Assembly: GCA_965207735.1 (NCBI GenBank)
Contig: OZ242296.1
Location: 1,309,808 to 1,373,807, forward strand
Length of the DNA stretch: 64,000 bases
Reading direction: 5' to 3'
Source of the DNA: Candidatus Versatilivorator sp.
Lineage (GTDB): Bacteria > Acidobacteriota > Terriglobia > Versatilivoradales > Versatilivoraceae
The notes below the pieces were generated by a model, which saw only the letters and a list, made by a program, of their open reading frames with translations, ran no database searches and was not told the origin of the DNA. Position numbers and translations under genes: made by a program. Shown piece by piece: positions 37,248 to 47,253 of the stretch. Position 1 is the first letter of the stretch, and each line of letters opens with the position of its first letter.

Positions 37248-38579
37248 ATGCTGAATGGAATCTTCGTCGTAATCGTCCTGTTTTCCATCCTGATGGCGGC
37301 CTTTTCGGGACGCATGGAGATGCTGAGCCAGGCCGTGCTGGAGTCGGCCCGCTCGGCTGTCACCCTGGCCCTGGGTCTCATCGGTGTCATGGCTTTTTTC
37401 CTGGGCCTCATGCGAGTGGCCTCGGACGGGGGCCTCTTGCGCATCATGGCCCGTGCCGTGTATCCGGTGATGCGATTCCTCTTCCCGGCCATCCCCAAGG
37501 ATCATCCCGCCATGAGCGCCATGATCCTGAACATCACCTCCAACCTCCTTGGACTGGGGAACGCCGCGACTCCCTTCGGACTCAAGGCCATGATGGAACT
37601 GGACCGGCTCAACAACGAAAAGGGCACCGCAACCGACGCCATGGTGCTCTTCCTGGCCCTCAATACCTCCGGCCTGGCGCTGCTGCCCCTGGGTGTCATC
37701 AGCTTGAGAGCCGCGGCCGGTTCTCAGGATGCCGCGGGAATCATGGCAACCACCTGGTTTGCCAGTGGATGCGCCACCGTAGCCGCCATTTTGGCGGCAA
37801 GCCTGCTGTCCCGCACCTCACGCTACCGCTTGGCCAAAACGATTCCTGCCCAGGTTGAACAGGAGCGGCCGGCTGAATCCCCCGCCTCCGATCAGGCCCA
37901 GCCGGAAGACCTGTCCCCGCTAGGCCAGTCCCAACCGGAACTGACTCCTCCCCGCTGGGGCAAGCCGGTAGTCCTCCTTTTCTGGCTGGCTTTGTTGACC
38001 GCTCTGACTTTTCATATCCTGAGACAGATGACTATCACCCCAACTCTGGACCTGGTACGGAGCATCATGTCTTTCTGGATGCTTCCGGCTCTGATCGCGG
38101 GGCTGGTGCTGTTCGGATGGACCCGAGGCGTCAAGGTCTATGAATCTCTGGTGGAAGGAGCCAAGGAGGGGTTCCAGGTTGCCGTGAAAATCATTCCCTA
38201 CCTGGTCGCCATCCTGGTGGCCATCGGAATTTTTCGGGCATCGGGGGGCTTGGAACTGTTGGCCAAGGCGATCGGCCCGCTCACCAACCTGATCGGCATG
38301 CCCGCCGAAGCCTTGCCCGTGGCCCTGGTGCGGCCGCTCTCCGGCAGCGGGGCGCTGGGAGTGATGACCGAGATCATGAACGCCCAGGGGCCGGACTCCT
38401 TCACCGGTTACATGGTCTGTACCTTTAACGGAAGCACCGACACCACCTTCTACATTCTGGCGGTGTACTTTGGCTCGATCGGCATCAAGAGGACCCGCCA
38501 CGCCCTGCCGGCCTGCCTGACCGCGGATGTGACCGGCATCCTGGCGGCAGTCCTGATTGTGAACCTGCTGTTCGGATAG
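37248..38579 (+). CDS. nucleoside-recognition (Gate) domain membrane protein, fused SpmA/SpmB-like
   Basis: 443 aa, multi-TM, with two Gate-like halves and a Pro/Glu-rich linker. Confidence 0.7.
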   Translation: MLNGIFVVIVLFSILMAAFSGRMEMLSQAVLESARSAVTLALGLIGVMAFFLGLMRVASDGGLLRIMARAVYPVMRFLFPAIPKDHPAMSAMILNITSNLLGLGNAATPFGLKAMMELDRLNNEKGTATDAMVLFLALNTSGLALLPLGVISLRAAAGSQDAAGIMATTWFASGCATVAAILAASLLSRTSRYRLAKTIPAQVEQERPAESPASDQAQPEDLSPLGQSQPELTPPRWGKPVVLLFWLALLTALTFHILRQMTITPTLDLVRSIMSFWMLPALIAGLVLFGWTRGVKVYESLVEGAKEGFQVAVKIIPYLVAILVAIGIFRASGGLELLAKAIGPLTNLIGMPAEALPVALVRPLSGSGALGVMTEIMNAQGPDSFTGYMVCTFNGSTDTTFYILAVYFGSIGIKRTRHALPACLTADVTGILAAVLIVNLLFG

Positions 38580-38658
38580 TCCGCAGGCAGGCTTCCTTGC
38601 CGAACCGATTGTCCTGAGCAGTCTGTCGGTACCCGAAGCCTTGGATCAGGGAGGCAGC

Positions 38659-39216
38659 ATGGCCCACATTCGAATGATCGCACCGGAAGCAGCCGAAGGC
38701 GCTCTCAAGGCGGAATATGCCTTGGCCATGGGGCGTTCGGGTAAGGTCTTCAACATCCTGAAGATCCAGAGCCTCAATGCTGCCACGCTTCATGCCAGCA
38801 TGGCCCTCTATGTGGCCACCATGCACGGGCCCTCCGGTCTTTCCAGGGCCGAGCGGGAAATGCTGGCCACGGTGGTTTCTCAACTCAACAACTGCTTCTA
38901 CTGAATGGAAGGCCACGGGGAGGATCTCCGTGCCCTGACGGGAAATCGATCACTTGCCGAGACCGTCAAGCGAAATTATCGGGACGCCCAGCTCAGCCCG
39001 CGCGAGCGGGCCTTGTGCGAGTTTGCCGAAAAACTCACCCTTCATCCCTCCCGAATGAGCACCGAGGACTGCCAAACGTTGAGAAGGGAGGGGCTCGACG
39101 ATCGAGATATCCTGGATGCCGTCGAAGTGATCTCCTACTTCAATTACATTAACCGCGTCGCCGAAGGGTTGGGAGTAGACCTGGAACCTGAAATGAAGCG
39201 CCCTGCAAAAGAGTGA
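38659..39216 (+). CDS. AhpD-like / carboxymuconolactone-decarboxylase (CMD) family peroxidase-related protein with in-frame UGA (38902-38904) predicted to encode selenocysteine
   Basis: GGGAGG RBS before the ATG at 38659. The ORF track splits it into 38641-38904 and 38905-39216, which are contiguous and in frame. Read through, the sequence is ...VVSQLNNCFY-U-MEGHGEDL. That is C-x-x-U-x-x-x-H, matching the CxxCxxxH active site of AhpD/CMD proteins. A hairpin starts 7 nt after the UGA. Confidence 0.6.
38911..38935 (+). promoter_or_regulatory. candidate bacterial SECIS-like stem-loop downstream of the in-frame UGA
   Basis: ggccacgggg aggat ctccgtgccc. 7-bp stem plus two closing G-C pairs. Apical loop AGGAU lies ~17-21 nt after the UGA. 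Confidence 0.4.
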
Positions 39217-39288
39217 TTCCGGCCATCTTGCCGGTGTCCATGATGGTGTACCTGCTCGAATGCACCGCGCTCGGGAGTGAACTGACCG

Positions 39289-40875
39289 ATGAACCGACGT
39301 CTTGTTCTCGTCCTGATCTGGGGATTGGGCCTGATGTCCGCCGCCCAGTGCAGCCTGTTTCAGGAAGATCTCAGCCGTGTCCGTCTCTCGCTGGTCGACA
39401 GCAAGACCGGCAAACCCGTCCCGGGGGTGATTCGCTGTTTTGTCCAGGGCCAGGAGGAAGCGGTTCCCATCCATGGTCTACTGGAACGGGGACAAGGGGT
39501 GGGGTCGGTTGCCCTGCAGCAACTGGGCAAACGGCCGCCACGCCGCCCCATCCATGACTGGTACGTTCTGTCCGGGGCCAGCGAAGTGATGCTGCCCAAG
39601 AAGCCCTTGCGCCTGGAAGCCTTCTCGGGCCTCGAAACGGAGATGGCGACTCTCGAGGTCGACCTCAGCAGGAGGGATCGGGCCTCCTTGACCCTTCCCC
39701 TGGAGTCATTCAGCCAAATAAAAGAAAAGAAGTGGTTTGGCGGTAACACTCACCTGCATCTCTTCAAGCTCGACCGGGAAGAAGCTGATCGTTACCTGCG
39801 CGAAATCCCTGCTGCGGACCGGTTGGACGTTCTGTTTACCTCCTTTTTGATCCGCCCCTCCGAAGACGCCGACTACATTACCAACCGCTACCCCATCGGT
39901 GACCTCACCCAATTCCATTCCACCGGGGTGCTGGTCAACCAGGGTGAGGAGCATCGTCACAACCTGACTCCTTGGAGTGGAGGCTACGGCCACGTCATGC
40001 TGCTGAACATCAAGAATCTCATCCGGCCGGTCAGCATCGGTCCGGGCATCACGGGGACCGGCACTGACGGGATTCCCCTGCAGCAAGGGATCGATGAAGC
40101 TCATCGCCAGGGAGGAACGGCCATTTGGTGCCACAACGACTTCGGACTGGAACGGGTGGTCAACTTCGTCCTGGGCAAGGTCGATGCCCAGAACATATTC
40201 GACGGGCTGTCGCTGGAGGACTATCCCCAATTCGAGGACACCTTTTATCACTACCTGAATGCCGGGCTCAAGGTTCCCTTCTCGACCGGCACCGATTGGT
40301 TCCTGTTCGATCTTGCCAGAGCCTACACCCGGGTTGCGGAACCTTTGGGAATCGCTTCCTGGCTGGAAGCGCTCAAGCAGGGGCGTTCCTTCATCACCAA
40401 TGGACCCCTGTTTCACTTCCTGGTGGAGGACCAATCGATCGGAGATACCGTCTCATTGAGATCCCCCGGAGAGGTCGGAATCGAGGGTCGGGTGTCGGGG
40501 CGGGTCGACTTTGGCCACCTGGAACTGATCCACAACGGCCGGGTGGTCGACCGCATCCCATCCCGAAGGACCGAGGAACACTATTCGGCCGAACTGAAGA
40601 AAATGTTTCGGGTGGAAGAACCCGGATGGCTGGCGCTGAGAGTCTCCGGGCAGGCCGACAGTGAGTACGGGTTGCCCATCTTCGGACACACTTCGGCGAT
40701 CTATCTCGAGGTGGAGGGAAAATCGATCCGGCAGCCCGCCGCGGTGGACCATCTAAGGAGAGAGATTCAGGAGGCGAGAACAACGGTGGCCGACGAGGCG
40801 CTCTTTGCCACGCCCGAGGAACGAAAGCGAGTACTGGACATCTATGACCAGGGTCTTGCCGCCCTCGAAAAATAA
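39289..40875 (+). CDS. secreted putative metal-dependent hydrolase (PHP / CehA-McbA-like)
   Basis: Signal peptide MNRRLVLVLIWGLGLMSAAQC. GGNTHLHLF and WCHNDFG His-rich motifs. Function tentative. Confidence 0.5.
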   Translation: MNRRLVLVLIWGLGLMSAAQCSLFQEDLSRVRLSLVDSKTGKPVPGVIRCFVQGQEEAVPIHGLLERGQGVGSVALQQLGKRPPRRPIHDWYVLSGASEVMLPKKPLRLEAFSGLETEMATLEVDLSRRDRASLTLPLESFSQIKEKKWFGGNTHLHLFKLDREEADRYLREIPAADRLDVLFTSFLIRPSEDADYITNRYPIGDLTQFHSTGVLVNQGEEHRHNLTPWSGGYGHVMLLNIKNLIRPVSIGPGITGTGTDGIPLQQGIDEAHRQGGTAIWCHNDFGLERVVNFVLGKVDAQNIFDGLSLEDYPQFEDTFYHYLNAGLKVPFSTGTDWFLFDLARAYTRVAEPLGIASWLEALKQGRSFITNGPLFHFLVEDQSIGDTVSLRSPGEVGIEGRVSGRVDFGHLELIHNGRVVDRIPSRRTEEHYSAELKKMFRVEEPGWLALRVSGQADSEYGLPIFGHTSAIYLEVEGKSIRQPAAVDHLRREIQEARTTVADEALFATPEERKRVLDIYDQGLAALEK

Positions 40876-40907
40876 CATCCCGGCTTCGAGCATCAGTAGC
40901 GGCCTGA

Positions 40908-40937
40908 TTAACATGGATGGACAGGATATACAGGATC
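40908..40937 (+). repeat. solo copy E of the MITE subterminal repeat
   Basis: attaacatggatggacaggatatacaggat. Identical over 30 nt to the copy D left arm. Interior side faces right. Confidence 0.45.
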
Positions 40938-40980
40938 TCCGGTTGATGATCCGCCCCTTGGCGGATAACTCTTTTCGTCC

Positions 40981-42780
40981 TTAGGTGTCCCTCCTGGATA
41001 ACTCCTCCTTGGCCCAACGTCCCCAAGCTTCCACGCGTAGCGCCAATTCCCCAAAGAAATCCGCGCCGAAGTTACCACGAATCTCCCCTGCGATCCGATC
41101 CGCTTCCACGCTCAGGGCGGATAGTGACAAGTCCGCCAGAATAGTGGAGTCTTTCCGAGGACCGCGGGCGGCGGCCAGAATCTTGCCGGTCAGAACATCG
41201 GCTTCGCAAACACCCACCAGTTGCCGGAACAACAGGTCAAGATCCTCGTAGTCGTCGGGAGACAAGACCGCCCGTCCTTCAACTGAGACCTCCTCCGAAC
41301 AAAGCCGAGCCAGTCTGAGTCCTTCCACCTTGCGAGAGACCAACTGACACCAACCAATGGTCTCCACGGCCGTGCCTGACGGCATCCAGTCTACAACTCT
41401 CGAAAAGTCATTGTCCCCCAGTCCTCCGGTGACCTCGAGAATGTCCGGGGGAGGATTCCAGGGCACGGATCCGTGATCCTCAAGGCGGGTGGGCGGCCAT
41501 GGCAGGGTCGTATGCTCCATGACGCTGAACGGGTGCCAGTAGCCGCACCACAGCGGAGCGAATATCCCATGCACAATCTGTGGGGTTCGCTCGAACACCC
41601 GGGCCAGCAGGGGACCTGCATCGGCGCCGTAGCGGTCGGCCAGCCACTGCCAGGTGTAGGTCTGCCAACGCCGGGAAGGAGCCAGAAAATCCAGCCACTC
41701 CCCAATCGGTCGATTGTTGGCGGCATCGGAGGCCCAGCGGGAAAATGCGACGGCGTTGGCGGCATTGGGCGAATCGAAGATGGTTCGGTAGCGACGCCAC
41801 TCTCGTCCCGACTCATAGGCGATGCGAGCAGTCACCCCGCCGGGTTGCAGGGCATAGAGGGCATCCAGCCGCTCACAGAAGTGACGAGGGTCCACATAGG
41901 GAATGTCGGCCCGTCCGTAGTACTCCCCATACACGTCGAACTCGACGATCATGGGTCGCTTCGGGTAGGCGTTGAGGTTGGGATGGGGAACTTCGGCATT
42001 GGTGACGAAGTCGAGCACCACGTTCTTGATGTGAATCCAGACGTCCTCGGAAAGACTCTCCATCGCCTCCTTGAAGATAGACCCCTGCCATTGATTCTTG
42101 CCCACGGCTCCCCAGTCGCGAATAACCAGAGTCTTGCCTGCCTTGCGGCAAGCCCGTTCCATGGCTCCGAACACGCCGGCCAGCCGAGCAACCTGGTGAG
42201 TCCGGTCGGGCATTTTCAATACCCCGGGAGTTTCCGTGAGCGAGGTTACAACCAGAATGTCGACTTCCGGCGCCACTTCGAAAAACTCGGTGAGCGTGGC
42301 TTCCTCCCAGTCCCGCAGAAAACTCGGATCGCCCGTAGCTGACTCCGGGTATTCCTGAGCGAGCTCGTCCGGAAGATCCCGGCGAACATGGTGCCAGGCC
42401 ATGACGTCGAGACCGGAGGCCTTGACCCTGCCGAAGAGGTCCTTCATGTAAGTCAGATCCCGGCTACGATCCTCTAGAGTCGAGACCGCCCCCCGGCTGT
42501 GCAAGTCTTTGTGTCGAGCCAGCTTGGGAAAGTCCCGAAACGTCTGTCCGCAAAGCACCCAGTTCCGGCAGGGAGGCACCGGTGAACTGGTGTAGGCGTT
42601 GGGCAACTGCATGGCCATGTTGGGAAATTCCAGGTGAGTCACGTCGAATCCGGGCGCTTCCCTCGTCGCGCGCTCTGCCGCCTGGGCCAGGTAGGCCCTG
42701 TCGTGGTTGACGAGAAACTGCCAACCTCGTAGACCGAAGGGTCGATGGCTCCCTCTCGATCCGCTCTCTGTTGGATTCAC
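40981..42780 (-). CDS. hypothetical protein (~600 aa), possibly glycoside-hydrolase-like; N-terminal C2H2-like C-x5-C-x3-F-x5-L-x2-H-x3-H motif
   Basis: Long ORF with coding-like composition. Probable GTG start at 42780 preceded by AAGGAGAAAGG; the ORF track extends to 42807. Co-directional with the PPK2 gene, 35 nt upstream. No family confidently recognised. Confidence 0.55.
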   Translation of the reverse strand: MNPTESGSRGSHRPFGLRGWQFLVNHDRAYLAQAAERATREAPGFDVTHLEFPNMAMQLPNAYTSSPVPPCRNWVLCGQTFRDFPKLARHKDLHSRGAVSTLEDRSRDLTYMKDLFGRVKASGLDVMAWHHVRRDLPDELAQEYPESATGDPSFLRDWEEATLTEFFEVAPEVDILVVTSLTETPGVLKMPDRTHQVARLAGVFGAMERACRKAGKTLVIRDWGAVGKNQWQGSIFKEAMESLSEDVWIHIKNVVLDFVTNAEVPHPNLNAYPKRPMIVEFDVYGEYYGRADIPYVDPRHFCERLDALYALQPGGVTARIAYESGREWRRYRTIFDSPNAANAVAFSRWASDAANNRPIGEWLDFLAPSRRWQTYTWQWLADRYGADAGPLLARVFERTPQIVHGIFAPLWCGYWHPFSVMEHTTLPWPPTRLEDHGSVPWNPPPDILEVTGGLGDNDFSRVVDWMPSGTAVETIGWCQLVSRKVEGLRLARLCSEEVSVEGRAVLSPDDYEDLDLLFRQLVGVCEADVLTGKILAAARGPRKDSTILADLSLSALSVEADRIAGEIRGNFGADFFGELALRVEAWGRWAKEELSRRDT

Positions 42781-42814
42781 TCGCCTTTCTCCTTCTCTTG
42801 ATTCCATAAGCGGG

Positions 42815-44341
42815 TTACACCCCGAGGTGTTTCTCCAGCGTGCTCACCAGCGTGGATAGCGTCTTTACACGAGCCCAGAGCTTGTCCTCCGCCTCCACCA
42901 CCGTCCAGGGAGCGTAAGGGGTGCTGGTGCGCTCGATCATCTCCGTAACCGCCCTCCGATAGTCATTCCATCGAGTCCGATTCCTCCAGTCCTCGGAGGT
43001 CAATTTGAATCGCTTGTGCGGAGTGCGTTCCCGTGCCTGGAAGCGGCGCAGTTGCTCCTCGGGGCTCAGGTGGAGCCAGAACTTGACGCACACCACACCC
43101 TCGGCGGTGAGGTGCCTTTCGAACTCGTTGATCTCCTGGTAGGCGCGCCGCCATTCCTCCTGGCACGCAAAGCCCTCCACCCGTTCAACCAGGACTCGTC
43201 CATACCAGCTCCGATCGAAAATGGTCATGTGGCCGGCCTTGGGCAACTGTCTCCAGAAGCGCCAAAGGTAGTGGTGGGTCTTTTCCTCGAGGGTAGGGGC
43301 GGCAATCGGAACCACCTGGTAGCCTCTCGGATCCAGTTCCTGAGTCAGCCGCTTGATGTTGCCGCCCTTGCCCGCCGCGTCCCAGCCCTCATAGACCACG
43401 ACACTCGCCACCCGCCGCCCATAACACTCGAATTCCAGATCTCTCAGCCGTTGTTGCAGTCTGGAAAGCTGCTTCTCGTAGTCTTCCCGATCCAGTCGCT
43501 TGCTCAAGTCGGACCGGTCCAGCACCGAGGGTTGGGGGTCAACCTCAATGCGGAGGCCTCGACTGCGAATCCCCTCATCGATGTCTTCCACCGTTTGCGT
43601 CGACGGTCCCATTGCCTTCAGACCGTTACCTCGCCTGGACAGATGGCCCTTCAGGACGCCAATCAGGTGTTCAAAGATCTTCACTCGGCGGTAGCGCCGG
43701 CTATGAGCTTCTACCAGCTTCCAAGGCGCATTCACCGTACTGGTCAAGGCGAGCATCTCTTCGGCGGCTTCCAGGTATTTCTTGTAGGCGCGTTCTTTCT
43801 TCCAATCCGGCTGGGTCCAGCGCCAACGCTCGAAACGATCGCTTTGCATGCTCGCAAGACGGCGCTCCTGTTCTTTTCGGCTAATGTGGAGCCAAAACTT
43901 GATCAGCGCAACGCCGTCGTCCGAAAGCTGGCGCTCGAACTCGCGAATTTCACCTCCGGCTTCCAGCGCACCACTACGGTCCAGACGCCCGTCGACGCGT
44001 TCCTCCAACATCTGTCGATACCAGGAGCGATCCCAGAACACCAGTTCACCCTTGGCGGGAAGCCGGGTCGAAAAGCGCCAGAGAAAAGGATGGAACTGCT
44101 CTTCAACCGTGGGGGCCTGGGTGGTATGGACCTTGAACCCTCTTGGGTCGAGCAGGCGTACCAGGGCATTGATGGCATCTCCCTTGCCTGCCGCGTTCCA
44201 CCCCTCCAACAGGACCACAACCGGAACTCCGGCGGCTCTCATGGCATGCTGCAGGTCGCGCAACTCCTCCCTCAGCCGGGGAATAGCTTCCTGATACTCC
44301 TCCTTGCCGATTTTCAGGTCCAGATCAAGAACTTCAAGCAT
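42815..44341 (-). CDS. two-domain polyphosphate kinase 2 family protein (PPK2 x2; polyphosphate:AMP/nucleotide phosphotransferase-like)
   Basis: 508 aa. Two PPK2 units, each with a Walker A-like motif (LLEGWNAAGKGD, VYEGWDAAGKGG) and lid motifs (WDRSWY). Confidence 0.85.
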   Translation of the reverse strand: MLEVLDLDLKIGKEEYQEAIPRLREELRDLQHAMRAAGVPVVVLLEGWNAAGKGDAINALVRLLDPRGFKVHTTQAPTVEEQFHPFLWRFSTRLPAKGELVFWDRSWYRQMLEERVDGRLDRSGALEAGGEIREFERQLSDDGVALIKFWLHISRKEQERRLASMQSDRFERWRWTQPDWKKERAYKKYLEAAEEMLALTSTVNAPWKLVEAHSRRYRRVKIFEHLIGVLKGHLSRRGNGLKAMGPSTQTVEDIDEGIRSRGLRIEVDPQPSVLDRSDLSKRLDREDYEKQLSRLQQRLRDLEFECYGRRVASVVVYEGWDAAGKGGNIKRLTQELDPRGYQVVPIAAPTLEEKTHHYLWRFWRQLPKAGHMTIFDRSWYGRVLVERVEGFACQEEWRRAYQEINEFERHLTAEGVVCVKFWLHLSPEEQLRRFQARERTPHKRFKLTSEDWRNRTRWNDYRRAVTEMIERTSTPYAPWTVVEAEDKLWARVKTLSTLVSTLEKHLGV

Positions 44342-44438
44342 CGGTCCAGAAACCCTTTGTATACCTTTGTGGATAACTCTTATCCGTTATTCGCGCCCTT
44401 GGAAGATTCCCTTTTTTTGTTCGTCGCCGAGCGACCGT

Positions 44439-44876
44439 TCAATGCAACCCCTGGACAAACTCCAGCCAGTTCCCTTCCGGATCTTGCGCATAAACGATTC
44501 CGAGTTCGCCATTCCGGTAGGATCGAAACTTTGGCTCGGTGACGAATCGAACCCCGCGGTTTCGCAATTCGCCATGGGTCTGCCGCAGATCCTTCACATC
44601 GAAGCAGACATGACCGGCGCCGAGCTGATGTTTGTCCAGGTAACCCTGCCGGGCCGGAGGATCGACGAAATGAACCAGTTCGATCTGATGGTCTCCCGGA
44701 AAGCCCACGAAGACCAGTTGTCGATGCGCCCCGGGAATTCCGGTGTGATCCCCTTCCGGTGGAGCCAGGGAGTCGATGCGGCGCAGGACGCGCAACCCCA
44801 GGACCCGGGTGTAGAAGCGCACCATTCCCTCCAGGTCCTTGACCACGATTCCGGTGTGGTGAAATCCCTCGATCAA
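44439..44876 (-). CDS. VOC-family (glyoxalase/bleomycin-resistance/dioxygenase) protein
   Basis: TTG start with AGGAGG RBS (spacing 5). HHTGIVVKDLE and HVCFDVKDL motifs. Confidence 0.8.
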   Translation of the reverse strand: MIEGFHHTGIVVKDLEGMVRFYTRVLGLRVLRRIDSLAPPEGDHTGIPGAHRQLVFVGFPGDHQIELVHFVDPPARQGYLDKHQLGAGHVCFDVKDLRQTHGELRNRGVRFVTEPKFRSYRNGELGIVYAQDPEGNWLEFVQGLH

Positions 44877-44905
44877 TCGAGCCTCCTATGGGGAGCCGTC
44901 AACCC

Positions 44906-46870
44906 TCAACTGCCTCCCCTCACGGTCGAATGACTCTGTTGCGGCGAACTCAACTTGTAGAAATAACGGTCTACCAGGTGGTCGGGAGCGGGACCGGTGG
45001 CCCTGCTGACCAGATAACCCAATCCGAAGGATACAAGCAGTCCCCACAGGTTGGGGTGGAAACCCAGCAAATCGATGCGGCTCCCCCCAAACAGCGTCGG
45101 CAGGAAGAATCCGACCATCACCACGAAGCCGCCGACCATGGCGCTCAGCGCCCCCTGTCGAGTCATTCCCTTCCAATAGAGTCCCAGCATGATGGGACAA
45201 AGAAAGGTGGCGGCAAATCCGCTGCCGGTAAATACGATGATTCGTTGCAGAAAGTCGGGGGGCCGCGTGGCCAGCAGCGTCACCAAGATGCCCACGATCA
45301 CGGTGGTGGCGTAGCTGGCTCGCTTGACCGTTCGATCGCTGACCCGAGGGTTGATCGTACGCTGGTAAATGTCTCGCACCAGACCGGAGCTGATCATCAG
45401 AAGAAAGCTGTCGACGGTCGACATGACGGCGGCAAAGGGGGCCGCCACCAGGACTGCTCCCAGGATCTGGTAGGCGAGCCCCATGTCCCCCACGACTCGG
45501 GTGGCCACCAGGACCATGGCCTTGTCGGAGTTTTCGGCGTTCAACTCGGGAATGAGCACCCGGGCCGCCACGAGAATGAAGACCAGGGGCAGATAAATCA
45601 TGGAGTAGAACCCGGTGACGGTCAGGATGGCCCGCTTCAGAGTCCGGCTATCCTTGAAGGCCATCAATCGCAGCATGGTCCCGGGCTGCCCCATGCCGGT
45701 AATGGCCCACATGAAAAAAAATGAGATGGCCATGCCCAAGGGATGAAAAGGCTCTCCCCGGGCAGAGCGGCCCGGCCCGAACAGCACCTCGTCGCCGCGC
45801 AGGAATACAAAGCGTTCCGTACCCCGGGCGCCGTCCAGGCCTACGATTCCCGTGGCTCCCCTTTCGGTCGGCTGTCCGAATCGATCGGTGACTATCTCAT
45901 TGTTGTCGTAGGGAAAGCTGACCCGGAAGCGTGGGCCCAACCTCGGGTGTTGCTCGATGGCTCCCTTGACATCGTTGCCGGTAGTGGTGGGCTGCCCATC
46001 CCCGTCGGTTGCCAGGGAGACTTCGATAAAGCGCTGCTCCGCCCCAACCCCTGGATCCCAGCGGATCTCCAGGGGTGCATTGGCTCGCTGCGGGTGACGA
46101 TAGATCAGACCGGCCGTATCCAGTTGTCCCCGGGCTTGAATGACCAGGTCGTTATAGGCGCCCGGCACCGAGGTAACCAGCGTTGGCGGGCGATCCCTGA
46201 GCTTGCGGTTGATCGACTCCATCCCTCCGCCCTGCCTGAGGACCACCGGAAGCAGTAAAGTAATGCCCAGAACCATGACGATCCCCTGCAGGACGTCGGT
46301 CCACACGACTGCTCGAAATCCTCCATAGGCCGTGTAGAAAACCACGGTGACGGCAAAGATGACCAGCCCCGCGCTGTAACCCCAATCCGCCGGCAGGTTG
46401 AATGTCTCCTCGATGATCAAGGCGCCAGCCTTGAATTGGGCAATCAAATTGCAAACGGTAAAGAAAATGATGGTAGAGGTTGCAAAAAGCGCCAGAGCCG
46501 TCGAATCGTATCGGTCACGAAGCACGTCGGGGATGGTGATGGCTCCCGTCTTGCGGGCCACCTGGTTCAACCGCTTCCCCAGCACCCCCATGCTGCACAC
46601 TCCGGCAACCATGTAGCTTGCAATCCAGAAGGCCAGCACCCAGCCATAGCTGTATATCAGGGAGGGGAATCCGGTGAAGCTCCCACCGGAAGCCGCCGTG
46701 GCCGCAAAGGTGAAGGCCAGGGCCCAGCTTCCGAGCCCCCGGCTCCCCAGAAAATATTCACCCAGGAAAGACTTGGTCGCCAGCAGACGATGGGAGAGCC
46801 CCGCCAGCACAAACACACAGGCGATGTAGGCCACAAAGGTGATGATGGTGGCCGGACTGGTCTCGGTCAT
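44906..46870 (-). CDS. sodium:solute symporter (SSS) family transporter with a ~150-aa inserted soluble domain
   Basis: 654 aa, 13+ TM helices, SSS signature regions. ATGA overlap with the upstream small membrane protein. Confidence 0.85.
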   Translation of the reverse strand: MTETSPATIITFVAYIACVFVLAGLSHRLLATKSFLGEYFLGSRGLGSWALAFTFAATAASGGSFTGFPSLIYSYGWVLAFWIASYMVAGVCSMGVLGKRLNQVARKTGAITIPDVLRDRYDSTALALFATSTIIFFTVCNLIAQFKAGALIIEETFNLPADWGYSAGLVIFAVTVVFYTAYGGFRAVVWTDVLQGIVMVLGITLLLPVVLRQGGGMESINRKLRDRPPTLVTSVPGAYNDLVIQARGQLDTAGLIYRHPQRANAPLEIRWDPGVGAEQRFIEVSLATDGDGQPTTTGNDVKGAIEQHPRLGPRFRVSFPYDNNEIVTDRFGQPTERGATGIVGLDGARGTERFVFLRGDEVLFGPGRSARGEPFHPLGMAISFFFMWAITGMGQPGTMLRLMAFKDSRTLKRAILTVTGFYSMIYLPLVFILVAARVLIPELNAENSDKAMVLVATRVVGDMGLAYQILGAVLVAAPFAAVMSTVDSFLLMISSGLVRDIYQRTINPRVSDRTVKRASYATTVIVGILVTLLATRPPDFLQRIIVFTGSGFAATFLCPIMLGLYWKGMTRQGALSAMVGGFVVMVGFFLPTLFGGSRIDLLGFHPNLWGLLVSFGLGYLVSRATGPAPDHLVDRYFYKLSSPQQSHSTVRGGS

Positions 46871-47253
46871 GGATTTTCCCCGGCTCGTCCCGCTCCGCTC
46901 AAGTCATCCTCCACAAAAAAATAGAAGCAGTAGAGCACGGTGATGACCACTGCCACCACCCAGGGCACAATCACCCCAAAAAACACCCAGTCCGGCACAC
47001 CCAATCCGAACGGGGTGGTCAGGGACTGAGGATGCCTGTCAAACGCGGTCAAGGGTCCGACCAGCTTACCGATGGAGGGCCCGGTGGCGTTGGGGTGGGG
47101 TTCGTGCACCAGGTAGCCGGCGAGGTAACAGTAGGCCACCGTGTACAGGCAACAGGCTAGCCACAGGAGGAGGAGGAAGACACATTCCCGAAGCGAGTTG
47201 CGAAAGACCGGATCCACCGTCTTCCGCGGCTGGATTGAATCGGAGGTCACCAA
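46867..47253 (-). CDS. small two-TM membrane protein, probable SSS small subunit (DUF4212-like)
   Basis: Two hydrophobic helices. Translationally coupled (ATGA) to the symporter. Start uncertain. Confidence 0.45.
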   Translation of the reverse strand: MVTSDSIQPRKTVDPVFRNSLRECVFLLLLWLACCLYTVAYCYLAGYLVHEPHPNATGPSIGKLVGPLTAFDRHPQSLTTPFGLGVPDWVFFGVIVPWVVAVVITVLYCFYFFVEDDLSGAGRAGENP

